Counted from the first letter of the whole stretch, positions 13,048 to 23,400 are shown. The stretch is DNA of 63,817 nt, filler included, from Octopus bimaculoides (GCF_001194135.2; 4 parts of 4 records of this genome joined end to end with filler, not necessarily neighbours in it); one strand, 5' to 3'. Translations and numbers: made by a program. The notes: generated by a model from the sequence alone, not told the origin.

Positions 13048-13056
13048 ACTTACCTT
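13048..13056 (-). promoter_or_regulatory. 5' splice donor AAG|GTAAGT, phase 0, after forkhead ...GWK
   Basis: Perfect consensus donor exactly where forkhead similarity stops. The WK|NSIRH intron position is common in Fox genes. ORF text beyond it is (GATA)n-derived junk. Confidence 0.9.
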
Positions 13057-13821
13057 CCATCCGTTCCCAGCATCCCGGTAATAAGGGAAGTTATCACATA
13101 TCCATTGATAAATCTCACTCAAAGTCATTTTTTTCCTCGGGGAGCTGTTTATTGCAAATGTTATCAAACTGGCATAACTATAGGGCGGTTTGCCGTCTCT
13201 GGCGGCGTGGGGGTGATGGTGTTGTTGTTGTGGTGGTGGTGGTGGTAGTGGTGGTGGTTGATGGTGCTGTTGTTGTAGATGGTGGTGTTGTGCTTGCTGT
13301 TGCTGATGGTGGGGGAGGTGTGGATTGTTGTTGTGGTGGTGGTTGCTAGAGTTGTTGTGTTGTTGGCTGTTGTTGTTGTTAGTGTGGTTGTTGTGGTGAT
13401 TGTTGTTGCTGTTGTGATGGTGGTTGCCGTTGTTAATGCTATGAGGATGCGGCGGTTGCGAGAGCGGCGGACATCCACCGCCGGCGCCACCGCCGCCACC
13501 GTCCGTGGTGCCGCCGCCGCCGCCACCACCGCCCCCGCCTCCACCGCCGCCTCCCGGCGTGTTGTTATTTAGGTGAGGAGGCGGTGGCGGTGGTGGAGGG
13601 TTGTGGTGGGTGTGATGGTGTTGATAAGCCGACACGGCCGACTTTTGAAGCCCCATCTGGCTGTCCACTGTCCTCATAAGGGCCCCACCGTTGTTAGTAA
13701 TGCAACCGGCGCCAGCATTTCCGGCGGTTGCACCCCCGACTCCTGTTCCCGTCATGGCCCCTCCCACACTAAGACGCGGTAGCCAGTCCATCGCGGTCAG
13801 ACTACTCTCCAGGTCCGCCAT
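13054..13821 (-). CDS. FoxJ2/3: First coding exon (256 codons) of a forkhead transcription factor of the FoxJ2/3 family; includes the first 46 aa of the forkhead domain
   Basis: Translation starts [17 protein letters not shown] and ends [48 protein letters not shown]. From recall, this is nearly identical to vertebrate FOXJ3 (ELESSLTSMDWLPQL...[48 protein letters not shown]) and unlike FoxJ1 (KPPYSYATLICMAM). The ATG at 13821 has a strong context (AAGATGG) and there is an in-frame TAG upstream at 13867-13869. The track's start at 13833 is a TTG. Confidence 0.93.
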
Positions 13822-14690
13822 CTTGAACACCAATACCGCTACTCTTTCTACTGCTTCCTCGCTACTCTACTACTTGCTGCTGCTGCTGTTGTTGTTGTGG
13901 TTGTGGTTGTTGTTGTTGAAACCGGTGTTTAAGAATACTACTGCAATTCCACTGCCGCCGCTGCTGCTGCTCGTGCAGCTACACAGCAGTTTCTACTGCC
14001 GTCACTAAGCTGCTCTGATACCGTCGTCTCCCAACCGGCAGTCGCTGCTATTTTCTTCGATGGTGATGATGATACCACTGCAGGTGTTGCTGTGGCGGCT
14101 GACTTTGTCGCTTCTACTGCTGCCGCTGCTGCTGCTGTTACTATTATTACTGCTGCTGTTTCAGATGTTTCTGTTGCTACCGCTGTCGTTACTGCAGAAG
14201 ATGCCACCGCTATTGCTGATAACGATAGTGCTGCTCCTGATAATGTTGGTGCTGTTTGTCTGAATGAAATTGCTGCTGCTGCTGCTGCTGCTGTCTTTCT
14301 CGTTGTTGTTGTTGTTATTCCGGTTATCGTTGTTGTTGTTGTTGTTGTTTTCAATGCTTTCGTTGTTAGTTTTGTTGTCGATTTCCTTCGTCTTCTACAG
14401 CTTGCGTCGGTGATACTTTCACTAATTTCGCTGTCTTCGTCCAACTTTCTAATGGCAGTAGTGGTAGTAGTAGTAGTTGCAGAAACTATTATCGTTATTA
14501 TTAATATTACTATTATTACTATGTTTACTGGTGTTTTCACAATGACAAGTGCAAAACCTGCAAACGGCGTGACTGGAGAGTTGTGCTGTGCGAAATGTGG
14601 ATATTTCCCAAGCATGTTTGGATGCTGCAGCATGGAGAGGGGCGGGAAAGTTAAACATTAAAAACGACATAAGAGACAGAAACAGGGAAC
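13822..14690 (-). other. Putative long triplet-repeat-rich 5' leader of FoxJ2/3 containing upstream ORFs (231-codon 14633-13938; 73-codon 14670-14449)
   Basis: Continuous (GCA/CAA/ACA/ACT)n-rich sequence contiguous with the CDS. A plausible acceptor TTTTAAG|G lies at 14691/14690 on the minus strand. Confidence 0.5.
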
Positions 14691-16297
14691 CTTAAAAGCA
14701 TATATATATATATATAAAAAGTTTGTTTCGAAGGTATGTTTCCTTTGTTGGTGGTGGTGATGTGTGTATGTGTGTGCTTGTGTTTTTTGTTTTTGTTTTT
14801 TCTTTTTTTTTTTTACTATCACCGATTGGTATTAACTTGCCTAATTTCTGTTCTCTGTGTGTGTGTGTGTTGGAAGTGTACTTGCCAGGCAAAGTGATAT
14901 GATCTGAAAAACCGCAATGTAGTGGAATCGCGTCAGTGACCAGGTTGTAGTTGGTGTGACGAAAATTTTGACACTAAATAATGTTTAAATGAAGTCATGA
15001 TTTTTGTTGGTTTTTTTCTTTTTTTTTTTTTTTTTGATGGTTTAATATGTGCCTGCCGCGCTGTAATTATCTGTGCGTATGTTGTCTGTAAAGCTATTTA
15101 AAAAAAAAAAACTGTTTGATAATTAATGGAAAAGAAATTCATACGCGTTTCCTCAATGTCCGTTATTACTATTTTTGTTTTGTTTCTTAAATGTTAACAG
15201 AGCTTAAAAAGCCTCATCCTTGTTTGATAAGCAGAAGGGAAAAAAATTATTTGGATGCTGTCACGTTCATGCTTTCCCAACAAGAGGTAATTGCTCAATT
15301 AGCAGGGCGGCGTAACGCGAGGGGAAACCGAAATGAAGAAATCATAATGTTTACGAGTCGCATCACATCACATCAGCGACTCGGTTTACCGATAGCTCAA
15401 TTACATATACGCCTCTCTTACAGAACGGTGAAGTGAGAGAGAGAGAGAGAGAGAAAGAGAGAGGGGCATCTCCCCCCGCACCTCTTCGCAGTAGTTCAGA
15501 TCAGATTTCGGTTCACTAGATACGGGCGCTATATATTTTAAAGGGAAAGTAAGGGAAGGGAAAAACTTGAGATTACGTAACTTGTATACGTTTTTTTATT
15601 TCTTCTTTTTAACTAAGGGAACATCACCACAAGAGGTAATGCAGTATAAAAAATCATAATAAAAAGTGTAGATAACAACTTGAGGAAAAGTCCACGCCAC
15701 CGACACTAACTAAATTCTTACACAACTTACACTACGGATGGTCACCTCCCCGCTTACTGTAAATGAGCTTTAAACTTATCAGCCATCCGCACACGCCACT
15801 TATTTCGTTTCACTAGAGATACACCGCCAAATTTGTTTTTGCTTATGTTTTCTCAAATAAATAAAGATGGGATGTCGTGAAGGGTATGCTTTTCTCAAGA
15901 GCATTAATTAAACAGCCACTACAGTTTTCGAACGAGAACCGGGTTCCATCAGAGTTTTTTTTTTTCCTCTGCTCATTAGGAAGAAGCTCACCTATCTTGC
16001 TTATTCTTTGGTGAATCACTTCAAAAATGGTATTTAAAGAGGAAAAAAAGTAAGAAAGAAAGAAAGAAAATAAAGATATTCAAAAAGTAGGAGAGGAAAT
16101 GGGGGAGGGGCGGCAGTAAAACGTTTGCTAATAGTTTATATATATTTATCTAGTTGTTTCACATTCTTGTGTGTGTGTGTGTGTGTGTTTGTATATCACT
16201 AAACCTATTTATACTTATATGTATAACTAAGTCTATATGTGTGTGTATATAACGAAAACCTATATAACGCAAACCTATTTATGTATCACCAAACATA

Positions 16298-16341
<44 letters not shown>

Positions 16342-16949
16342 GTGTGTGTGTAGTTATATTTTCTTCCTCTTTTCTTTTTTAAATATTATTCCGGTTGTTA
16401 TTGTAACCATTGTTAGTTTTGGTATTATTTTACGATTATTATTAATTGTTTTTTCTTTGGGTCGCTTTTTTTGTTGTTCTAGTTTGTTTGTTCGTTTAGT
16501 AGGAGAGTATGTTGGTATGTATATCTCTGGGATTCAGGTTCATGCAATTTTCCTCTTAACTGTATTTAATCATTCTTAATAGATTTTTTTTTATAATTAT
16601 CATTACAAAATGTAACAATAATGACCGTTAATTTTTGTAAGAAAATTATTGTTAATTAAATGAACAAGATGTGGTGGTTTGAAAATCCATTAAAAATTTG
16701 TTTTGGGGTATTACTTTTTATCAGCAATCTCGATCCTGGTGGAAGAGGTACAGCACCTAAAAAAAATAATAATAACAACAATAATTCTCCCTGTATTAGC
16801 CACAACGGCTCACAGAAATACAGAAAATATAATAACCATTAAAGAGAACATCTAGTTTACAATACATGTTGAAATGGATAATGATAAAGAGAAAGGGAGG
16901 GGTGAAGACAACGATAGATGCATTATTTTCGCGCCCCTCCCTTTTTTTT

Positions 16950-17285
16950 CTGTTGTTTTAGCCATTGGGCTACAACCATGCTAGGCTCCACCTTGAAGGA
17001 TTTAGACGAAGGAAAGAAAAACAACCCCAGCACTTTTTTTTTTTTTTGCCGAACCTGTAAGTTATTGGGACGTAAGCAAAACCTACAACCAACTGTCAAG
17101 CGGCGATGGGACACACACACACACAATAGGTTTCCATATATTTTCCATCAACCAAATTCACTCACAAGACATTGGTCGACCCGGGGGCTATAGTTGAAGA
17201 CACTTGCCCAAGGTGCCATGTAGTGGGACTGAACCCGAAACCATGTGGTCGTACAGCAAGTTTCTCAACCACATAACCATGCCTG
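16950..17285 (-). mobile_element. SINE family B
   Basis: ...CACTTGCCCAAGGTGCCATGTAGTGGGACTGAACCCG... Confidence 0.78.
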
Positions 17286-17461
17286 AGCCTATTAAAAATT
17301 TGATAAAATATAACAAAAAGATAAGTAGAAAAGTCTGATAAAAATAAACAAAACGTAGGTAGAAAATACAATAATTAAAATATAATTATAGTACATAAAA
17401 AATCATTTAGAGTTATTCACCGAAACAAGATTAAAATCCACTTGTTAGGTCGAGTCTGAGC

Positions 17462-17500
17462 GCCCCACGTTTCTACTCGCCCACGTTTCTACTCGCCCAC
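17462..17500. repeat. 16-bp tandem repeat, about 2.4 units (CGCCCACGTTTCTACT)
   Basis: Directly visible. Confidence 0.85.
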
Positions 17501-18369
17501 CAGACATTGTATAGCTTTCAGGTTTCTCCAAAAGCCTTCTTTGAATTCGTTGATGAAGAAACCAAAATTACATTGCACATTCGTAAACTTTTTTTTTTTT
17601 TTCATAAAGATATGATCACTGGAAGATGTACCTGTCTAATTTCTACTCCATCCACGGACTGGGCAGCTCAGTTTCCTCTAGTTCATATAACTCAAATAGT
17701 TCCTGTTCGAGCTTTTGGTTGAGTTTTTTAGAACTTTCATGGCAGGTCTGTCTGTCTGTTCTTTTTGGTTCTTCGTCTCTTTTCCCGTTTTCTGCTATCT
17801 CTCAGTCCTCCATTCTTCTTGAGACTGCATTTAATTCCCATCCTCATGAGTGGATACATTTAAATATATATCAATTAGTTCATATATATTATTTCAACAG
17901 TTGAGGCAGCTTACGCAAAACAAACTCCATGTATTAACGACACTTTTGTGTATGTGTGTCAGTGTTGTTTGTGTCATCGATGAAAACTTCAGAAACTTTC
18001 AAAAAACACCTTTATTTTTTCTGTAAAGGCAAAACTTTCCATGTTTACAACAGGGAAGAACTTTGGCAGTCCAGGCTTGATATTATTTTGTTTAGCAATG
18101 GCAGAAATGCTATTTTCATTGTTGCTTGGGGAAGCGTTGCCTCTACTGTTCGACACCATTACCAACGAAATCGAACAAATGTCCAAAACAATTTTGTTCT
18201 CTTTCCGGTAAATGCATTAAAAAAAAAAAAACACTTGCCTTGTCAAAGACTTCCTATATGACAAAACTATTAATGAAACCAAATTTGTGTAACAAAAATC
18301 TTAGATACACTTCTACTCCAAATATCGAGAGAGAAAAGAAAACAAGCATAATAATGTTGGTACAAAGCC

Positions 18370-18760
18370 AGCAATTTTAGGGGAGGGTTAAATCGCTTAC
18401 AGCTGTCCCAAGCGTTCAACTGGTACTTAGTTCATCGAACCCGAAAAGATGATAAGCAAGTTGACCTCGGTGGAATTTCAGATCAACATGAAGAGCCGCA
18501 GAAAATGCTGCTAAGCAGTTTCCTGATGCTCTAACGATTCTGTGAACTCGCCATTAAAACTGGTCTATAATTTTGGCACAAGGCCAGCAATTTGTTAGAG
18601 GAAGTGGGTAAATTGATTAAATCGACTCCAGTGTTCAACTGATACTTATTTTTATCGACCCCGGAAATGTGAAAAGCAAAGTTGACTTCGGCGAGATTTC
18701 AGCTCAGAACGTAAAGAGCCGGAAGAAATGCCACTAAACATTTTGTCCGACGCACTAATC
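18370..18760 (-). mobile_element. Two tandem SINE family A copies
   Basis: Two successive ...CAAAGTTGAC.TCGG.GGA.TTTCAG.TCA... units. Confidence 0.75.
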
Positions 18761-19330
18761 CAAAAATTGTTGAAACAGAAAAAAAAAATAATAATCAAGT
18801 TACATTCAATAGTAAGAGTAAAGGTGCCTTCATACATCTACGCGGAGGATATGAAGGTAATATTGATCGAAGAAAGAGTTACCAGTTGTGAAATTGAGAG
18901 ATATCGAACCACTAATGAAGTTCTACTAAAGACAAAAAAAAGTATGAAATTAAAGGGGAAAAAAAGAACAATTGTAAATAGTACATATAACGGTTCAAAT
19001 GGTACTGCATGGGAGTGGGGACCATGCGTCCATTTTCATTTTTATATAACTTTCATTTCATTTACATTCGTCTTATGTTTTTTGTCCCCATAGTGATCTT
19101 GTCTGTCCTTGTGGTGTCCCCATCTATGTTTAGGGTTTATGCCTAATAAAGATATCAGAATGTAAAAGGACTAATACTTCAACTAATGAATTTTCAGATG
19201 ATGTAGAACTTGCCACCATTATATACTAAGAAGATATTTTAACTATTTTTTTGTTTTTTATGTGTGCATGGTAGTCTCATTTTCATAAAATGTGCTCAGC
19301 AGTCCATGCAAATCCCAGCACTTTATGGGC

Positions 19331-19528
19331 TAAAATTTATCTGCAATGAATTGGTTACACTTCCACAGTATACAAAGTATTTTAACATTTTTTGATATAC
19401 AATTCGTAATAATATTTAATTGTAAAAACATATTATTCTTTAAACATCGAATGGCTAGGAGGGTCCATACGGGTAAAATAGGAATCAAAGGGGTCCATAA
19501 GTAAAACAAAAATAGTTGAGAAACATTG
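19331..19528. mobile_element. Truncated second copy of the 6475-6743 hAT MITE family
   Basis: Shares ...ACATCGAAT.GCTA.GAGGGTCCA...GTAAAATAGGAATCAAAGGGGTC.ATA... and the right end GTTGAGAAACATTG. The left TIR is not recognisable. Confidence 0.75.
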
Positions 19529-19534
19529 CGGCGT

Positions 19535-19860
19535 AGCCACAAGACCTGAAATTTTGGGAAGATGGGGTGCTAGCCGATTACATCAACTCCAGTGTTCAAC
19601 TGGCACTTATTTTATCGACTGCGAAAGGATGGAAGGCAAAGTCGACCTCAGTGGAATTTGAACTCAGAACGTCCAGGCGGACGAAATATTGCTTAACATT
19701 TTGTCCGGCATACTAACGATTCTGCCAGTTTGCCGCTTCTGCCTCTTTAAATAATAAAAACGGTTTCTGATTTAGACACAAGACCAGCCATTTTGAGAGA
19801 GAGTCCATTTACATCAAATCCAATTCTCTATACTTGAACATTATTTTATCGACCCCGGGC
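19535..19860 (-). mobile_element. SINE family A copy plus a partial copy
   Basis: CAAAGTCGACCTCAGTGGAATTTGAACTCAGAACG; second tail fragment at 19770-19860. Confidence 0.75.
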
Positions 19861-20060
19861 CGCCTTAAATGTTAAATCAAATCGCAAAAAGGAAGTTCAT
19901 ATGTACATACGTATGTGTACTTTTAAGTTGCGTTATAATAAAAACTGAATAATAACTCAATACTTACTTGTATAGCGCGTGTTTATTATATTTTAATACA
20001 CTTTTACAACAACAGGGCTAACAGTGACTTAGAAGTTTTAGCCTTCTAATCTTCGTCGGG

Positions 20061-20103
20061 CAATCTGACGAAGGCTAGTTATCCGAAACTTCGAAGTCAC
20101 TGT
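20061..20103 (+). ncRNA. Minimal type-I hammerhead ribozyme motif, slightly degenerate
   Basis: CAAT-CTGACGA-A-GGCTAGTTATCC-GAAAC-TTCGAA-GTC-ACTG. Stem III is the palindrome ACTTCGAAGT and the triplet is canonical GUC. There is one mismatch each in stems I and II. Confidence 0.62.
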
Positions 20104-20235
20104 CCTTCTTCCTGTAAGATTATATATATATTCTTTTATTTGCTTCAGTCATTTGACTTTGGCCATACTGGAGCACCGCCTTATAGACTGAGAAAGAGAG
20201 CGCAAAGCAAGTTCAATATAATGAATGAAAAATAA

Positions 20236-20390
20236 GGCGGCGAGCAAGCGGAATCTTAGCAGCATTTCGTCCGTCTCTACATTCTGCATTCAAATTCCGC
20301 CGAGGTAAACTTTGCATTTCATCCTTTCAGGATCAATAAATTAAGCACCAGCTGAGCACTGGGGTCGATATAATCGACTTGTCCCCCACG
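20236..20390 (+). mobile_element. tRNA-derived SINE family A
   Basis: GGCGGCGAGC...TTCAAATTCCGCCGAGGT...TTTCATCCTTTCAGG.TC.ATAAATTAAG.ACCAG; many copies in the window. Confidence 0.8.
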
Positions 20391-20742
20391 CCGTGGGTGG
20401 TCGAGTAATATCCAAGTGATCGAAAAATGTCACTTGGAAGAGCTCCACAACGACGGGGAGTAAAGCGATTTGAACAAGAGGGGAAAAAATGAAGCGGTCA
20501 TCACAAGAGTGGAAGTGCATTTTGACCAGTTATATAATATATATATATATATATATATAAATTATAATTTAGGGTATCTAAAAGATACCACCATGCTTGA
20601 CATAGCAGTCAAACTTTGACAATAAAACCACATATTTCTTAGATACTCTAAATTATAATTTTATAATAATTATTATCTCTGAGGTTTTTATTCCCATGCT
20701 GGCCACCTGATAAGATGGGTATTTTTAAATAACGATCTTAGT

Positions 20743-20783
<41 letters not shown>

Positions 20784-20957
20784 AAACACGTGTATATATA
20801 TACGTGTGTTTGTGTATATATATATATATGTATGCATGTGTGTATGTATATATATATATGTATATGTACATATATATATGCCTATAAATGTATACACATA
20901 GATATACATATGTGCATACACAAATACTACGTTCTTGTCCCATTTTGTATTTTATAC

Positions 20958-20995
<38 letters not shown>

Positions 20996-21234
20996 CACAA
21001 ATACACACACACTTACACATACATATATTTATGTACATATATATACATATATATATTTACATACATGCATACATACATTAGGGTTACCTCGAGTTACTCG
21101 GAAGACAACCCCTATGATACTGTTGTTCATATATTTTTGCACTTTATTTCTAAGCTTCACATTTTCCGGTCTCTTGTTATTTTTCACCCCTTAGTTTTAT
21201 TTTTATCTGTCCCTCTTATTTGCTATTTAGTGTA

Positions 21235-21950
21235 AACCAAGAACTTCTTTACGAACAATGTTTAGCTTCTTTTTTTTTAACTTTTTCTGGAAGGAACATA
21301 ATTTTGCCAGAAGGAGTAAAATTGCTTGGACCGCCATCTCTTGCGCATGCAACATACAGTTGTCCATGGGAGAAATCTTCTTGAGTCGTTGCTCAACAAT
21401 GTTTACAGTTTCTTCCCGACATTGATTTAAACATATGGCAAAAGCTGAGTTTTATCGGAAACTGTATCCTTTTGAATACGAAATGTACTTCTTTGTCAGA
21501 CGGAACCAAAAATATTCTACGTATAAATGCATCTTCTCTCATAAAACAACCAGTCAAAATAGTAGACTGAATATGAGATATTATTGCATCTGAGCTGTAC
21601 GAACTCTTCGAGAAGTACAGTTCTATATTTAAGAGATGAGGAATTATTTACATTATCCGTCAAATGTAAATAATGTAAATAATCTTCGAGAAGTGTTCGG
21701 TTTATTTGTTAGTTTTTGAGCAACAGTGACACAGCTCTAAACATTCAGTTACCAAAAATCACCCATTAATATGGTTTTGTGCAAAATTTTCTATGAATTT
21801 AATAAGGTGCTTTACCTTCAGTTTAAACTTTAAATGGCTTCTTCGCGAGGAGAACGGCGAGTGATAAAAGCAGAAACGATACCAATTTCCAGTTTAGAAA
21901 TCTATCTTAACTTTTAAATGATGTTTTATAAGTAGTAAAAGAAGAAATGA
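21235..21950 (-). mobile_element. Helitron Rep/Hel remnant (PIF1 helicase C-terminus)
   Basis: TGCFMREDAFIRRIFLVPSD...FKRIQFPIKLSF...FSHGQLYVACAR...NIVRKEVL (21239-21560, with frameshifts); LKLKV-like motif near 21825. Confidence 0.75.
21617..21682. mobile_element. 66-bp fold-back insertion with a 12-bp target site duplication, inside the Helitron remnant
   Basis: TCTTCGAGAAGT at 21605-21616 and 21683-21694. The insert contains ATTATTTACATTAT/ATAATGTAAATAAT inverted arms and TATCCGTCAAATGTAAATAATGTAAATAA, which is also present at ~22957-22985. Confidence 0.78.
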
Positions 21951-22885
21951 ATATTTTTCAATGAACTGCATAAGGTGTTTTCGGTGTTGAATTCAGACGT
22001 CTTCTTCTTGAAACAAGTGATACGTCTAAGCATTTAGCAGACGATAAATGGAGAAAAGGACTTCGGCTATTTTCGGATGTTTTCGGTTCAAACGCTGTTT
22101 GTTAAATACTTGTATGTAAGTGTATGCGAGAGAGGGGAAGGGGAAGGAGAAACAGAGAGAGAGTAGGGAGATGGGAGTGATATGAAAGACAAAGAGAAAA
22201 AAAAAAAGGAGAAAGACAGAGTGAGTGACAATGAGGAAAATAAGGGAGAGAGAGAGAGATACATACATACATAGAACGAGACAGAGAAAGAGAGGAACAG
22301 AGTTTAACTTAATTGCGTGTGTGTATATGTGTGTGTGCATGCACGTAATGTCATAAATGTATGTTCGTGTTGTTATTTAGCTCTACAACACACATGATCA
22401 AGTTGGTCTCTGAACTAAAATGTTCAAGCTATTGGAACAGTCTCTGGTTTTCTTCCCATTTAATGTGCGCTTGGGTTTTTAACGAAGGTAGTATGTCACA
22501 TTGAGTGATTTGGCTGCGATTTCTAGCAGGTCGATCAACAATGTACAGATTTTTTAGACAATATCGCGTGTATACATCAATACCTGCATACACACATACA
22601 TAATATACATACAAAAGCATATGCACACATACACAGTGTTCTCTTTAGTTATCGTCTGCTACGATTTTGGTTCGAGAGAGAGAGAGTGTTGTGTGTGTGT
22701 ATCTAATTGTATGTATGTGTGCATGTGTAAGAGAGAGAAAGAGATAACAAATGACTGAAAGGGACTGAAAGAAAGAGCGTAAAGATGTAGTAATCAGACC
22801 TGATTAATAATAGTAATAATAATAATAATATAATAATAATAGTAACATCGTTAGGAATGAGAACCCAGGTTCGAAATTTCCCCAA

Positions 22886-22931
22886 GACACCTGACGAAGG
22901 CTGGAGGGTATATCAGCCGAAACGTTGTGTT
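22886..22931 (+). ncRNA. Minimal type-I hammerhead ribozyme motif in a Penelope-like terminal repeat (~22840-22985)
   Basis: Stem I GACAC/GTGTT; core CTGACGA; extra A; stem II GGCTG/CAGCC with a 10-nt loop; GAAAC; palindromic stem III AACGTT; cleavage triplet GUU. Confidence 0.72.
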
Positions 22932-23208
22932 AACAACAAACAAGATGAGGAGAAATATCCGTCAAATGTAAATAATGTAAATAAAGAGTTACATTCTTAC
23001 ATAACTTTATCCGCCTGTATATGTTTCAAAAAGCTTGCGTAACCGCATCTACATCATACAATAGATTGTACTTATAATCAATTAATCAATTAATTAATGG
23101 AGCAATCAGCCCGCAAACTTTCCCCTTCGGAGCTCAAAAGTTACTCTTTCAGATTGTTTGTGACAAACACAGACACGAAGACACGCGCGCGCGTGCGTGC
23201 GTGCGTGC

Positions 23209-23245
<37 letters not shown>

Positions 23246-23400
23246 GGCTTGCGGCTTAGTGGTTAGAGTATCCGGGTCACGAACTTAAGATCGTGGGTTC
23301 AATTCCCGGCGGCGTGTTGTGTCCTTGAGCAAGGTAGTTTATTTTATGTTGCTCCAGTTCACTCAACTAACAAAAACGAGTACTGCCTGTACTACAAAGG
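23246..23400 (+). mobile_element. tRNA-derived SINE family C (not a tRNA)
   Basis: A box TAGTGGTTAG and B box GGTTCAATTCC (23296-23306), followed by a TTGTGTCCTTGAGCAAG...TTGCTCCAGT.CACTC body; a minus-strand relative lies at ~3405-3545. Confidence 0.72.

Noticed and set aside
12868-13053. C-terminal 61 aa of the 321-aa ORF (VSYCFAY...)
   Set aside because: Intron read-through past the GTAAGT donor into (GATA)n; forkhead similarity stops at WK.
13054-13821. Assignment to FoxJ1
   Set aside because: The forkhead sequence [12 protein letters not shown]...ICDNFPYY matches the FoxJ2/J3 signature, not FoxJ1.
13152-14661. Plus-strand V/A/L-rich ORFs overlapping FoxJ2/3 and its leader
   Set aside because: Antisense shadows of GC-rich triplet repeats.
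17462-17500. Short direct repeats as a CRISPR-like array
   Set aside because: The units are contiguous with no spacers and the context is eukaryotic; it is a simple tandem duplication.
23246-23310. tRNA-like sequence with A and B boxes
   Set aside because: It runs into a SINE body and lacks a pairing acceptor stem, so it is a SINE head rather than a tRNA gene.
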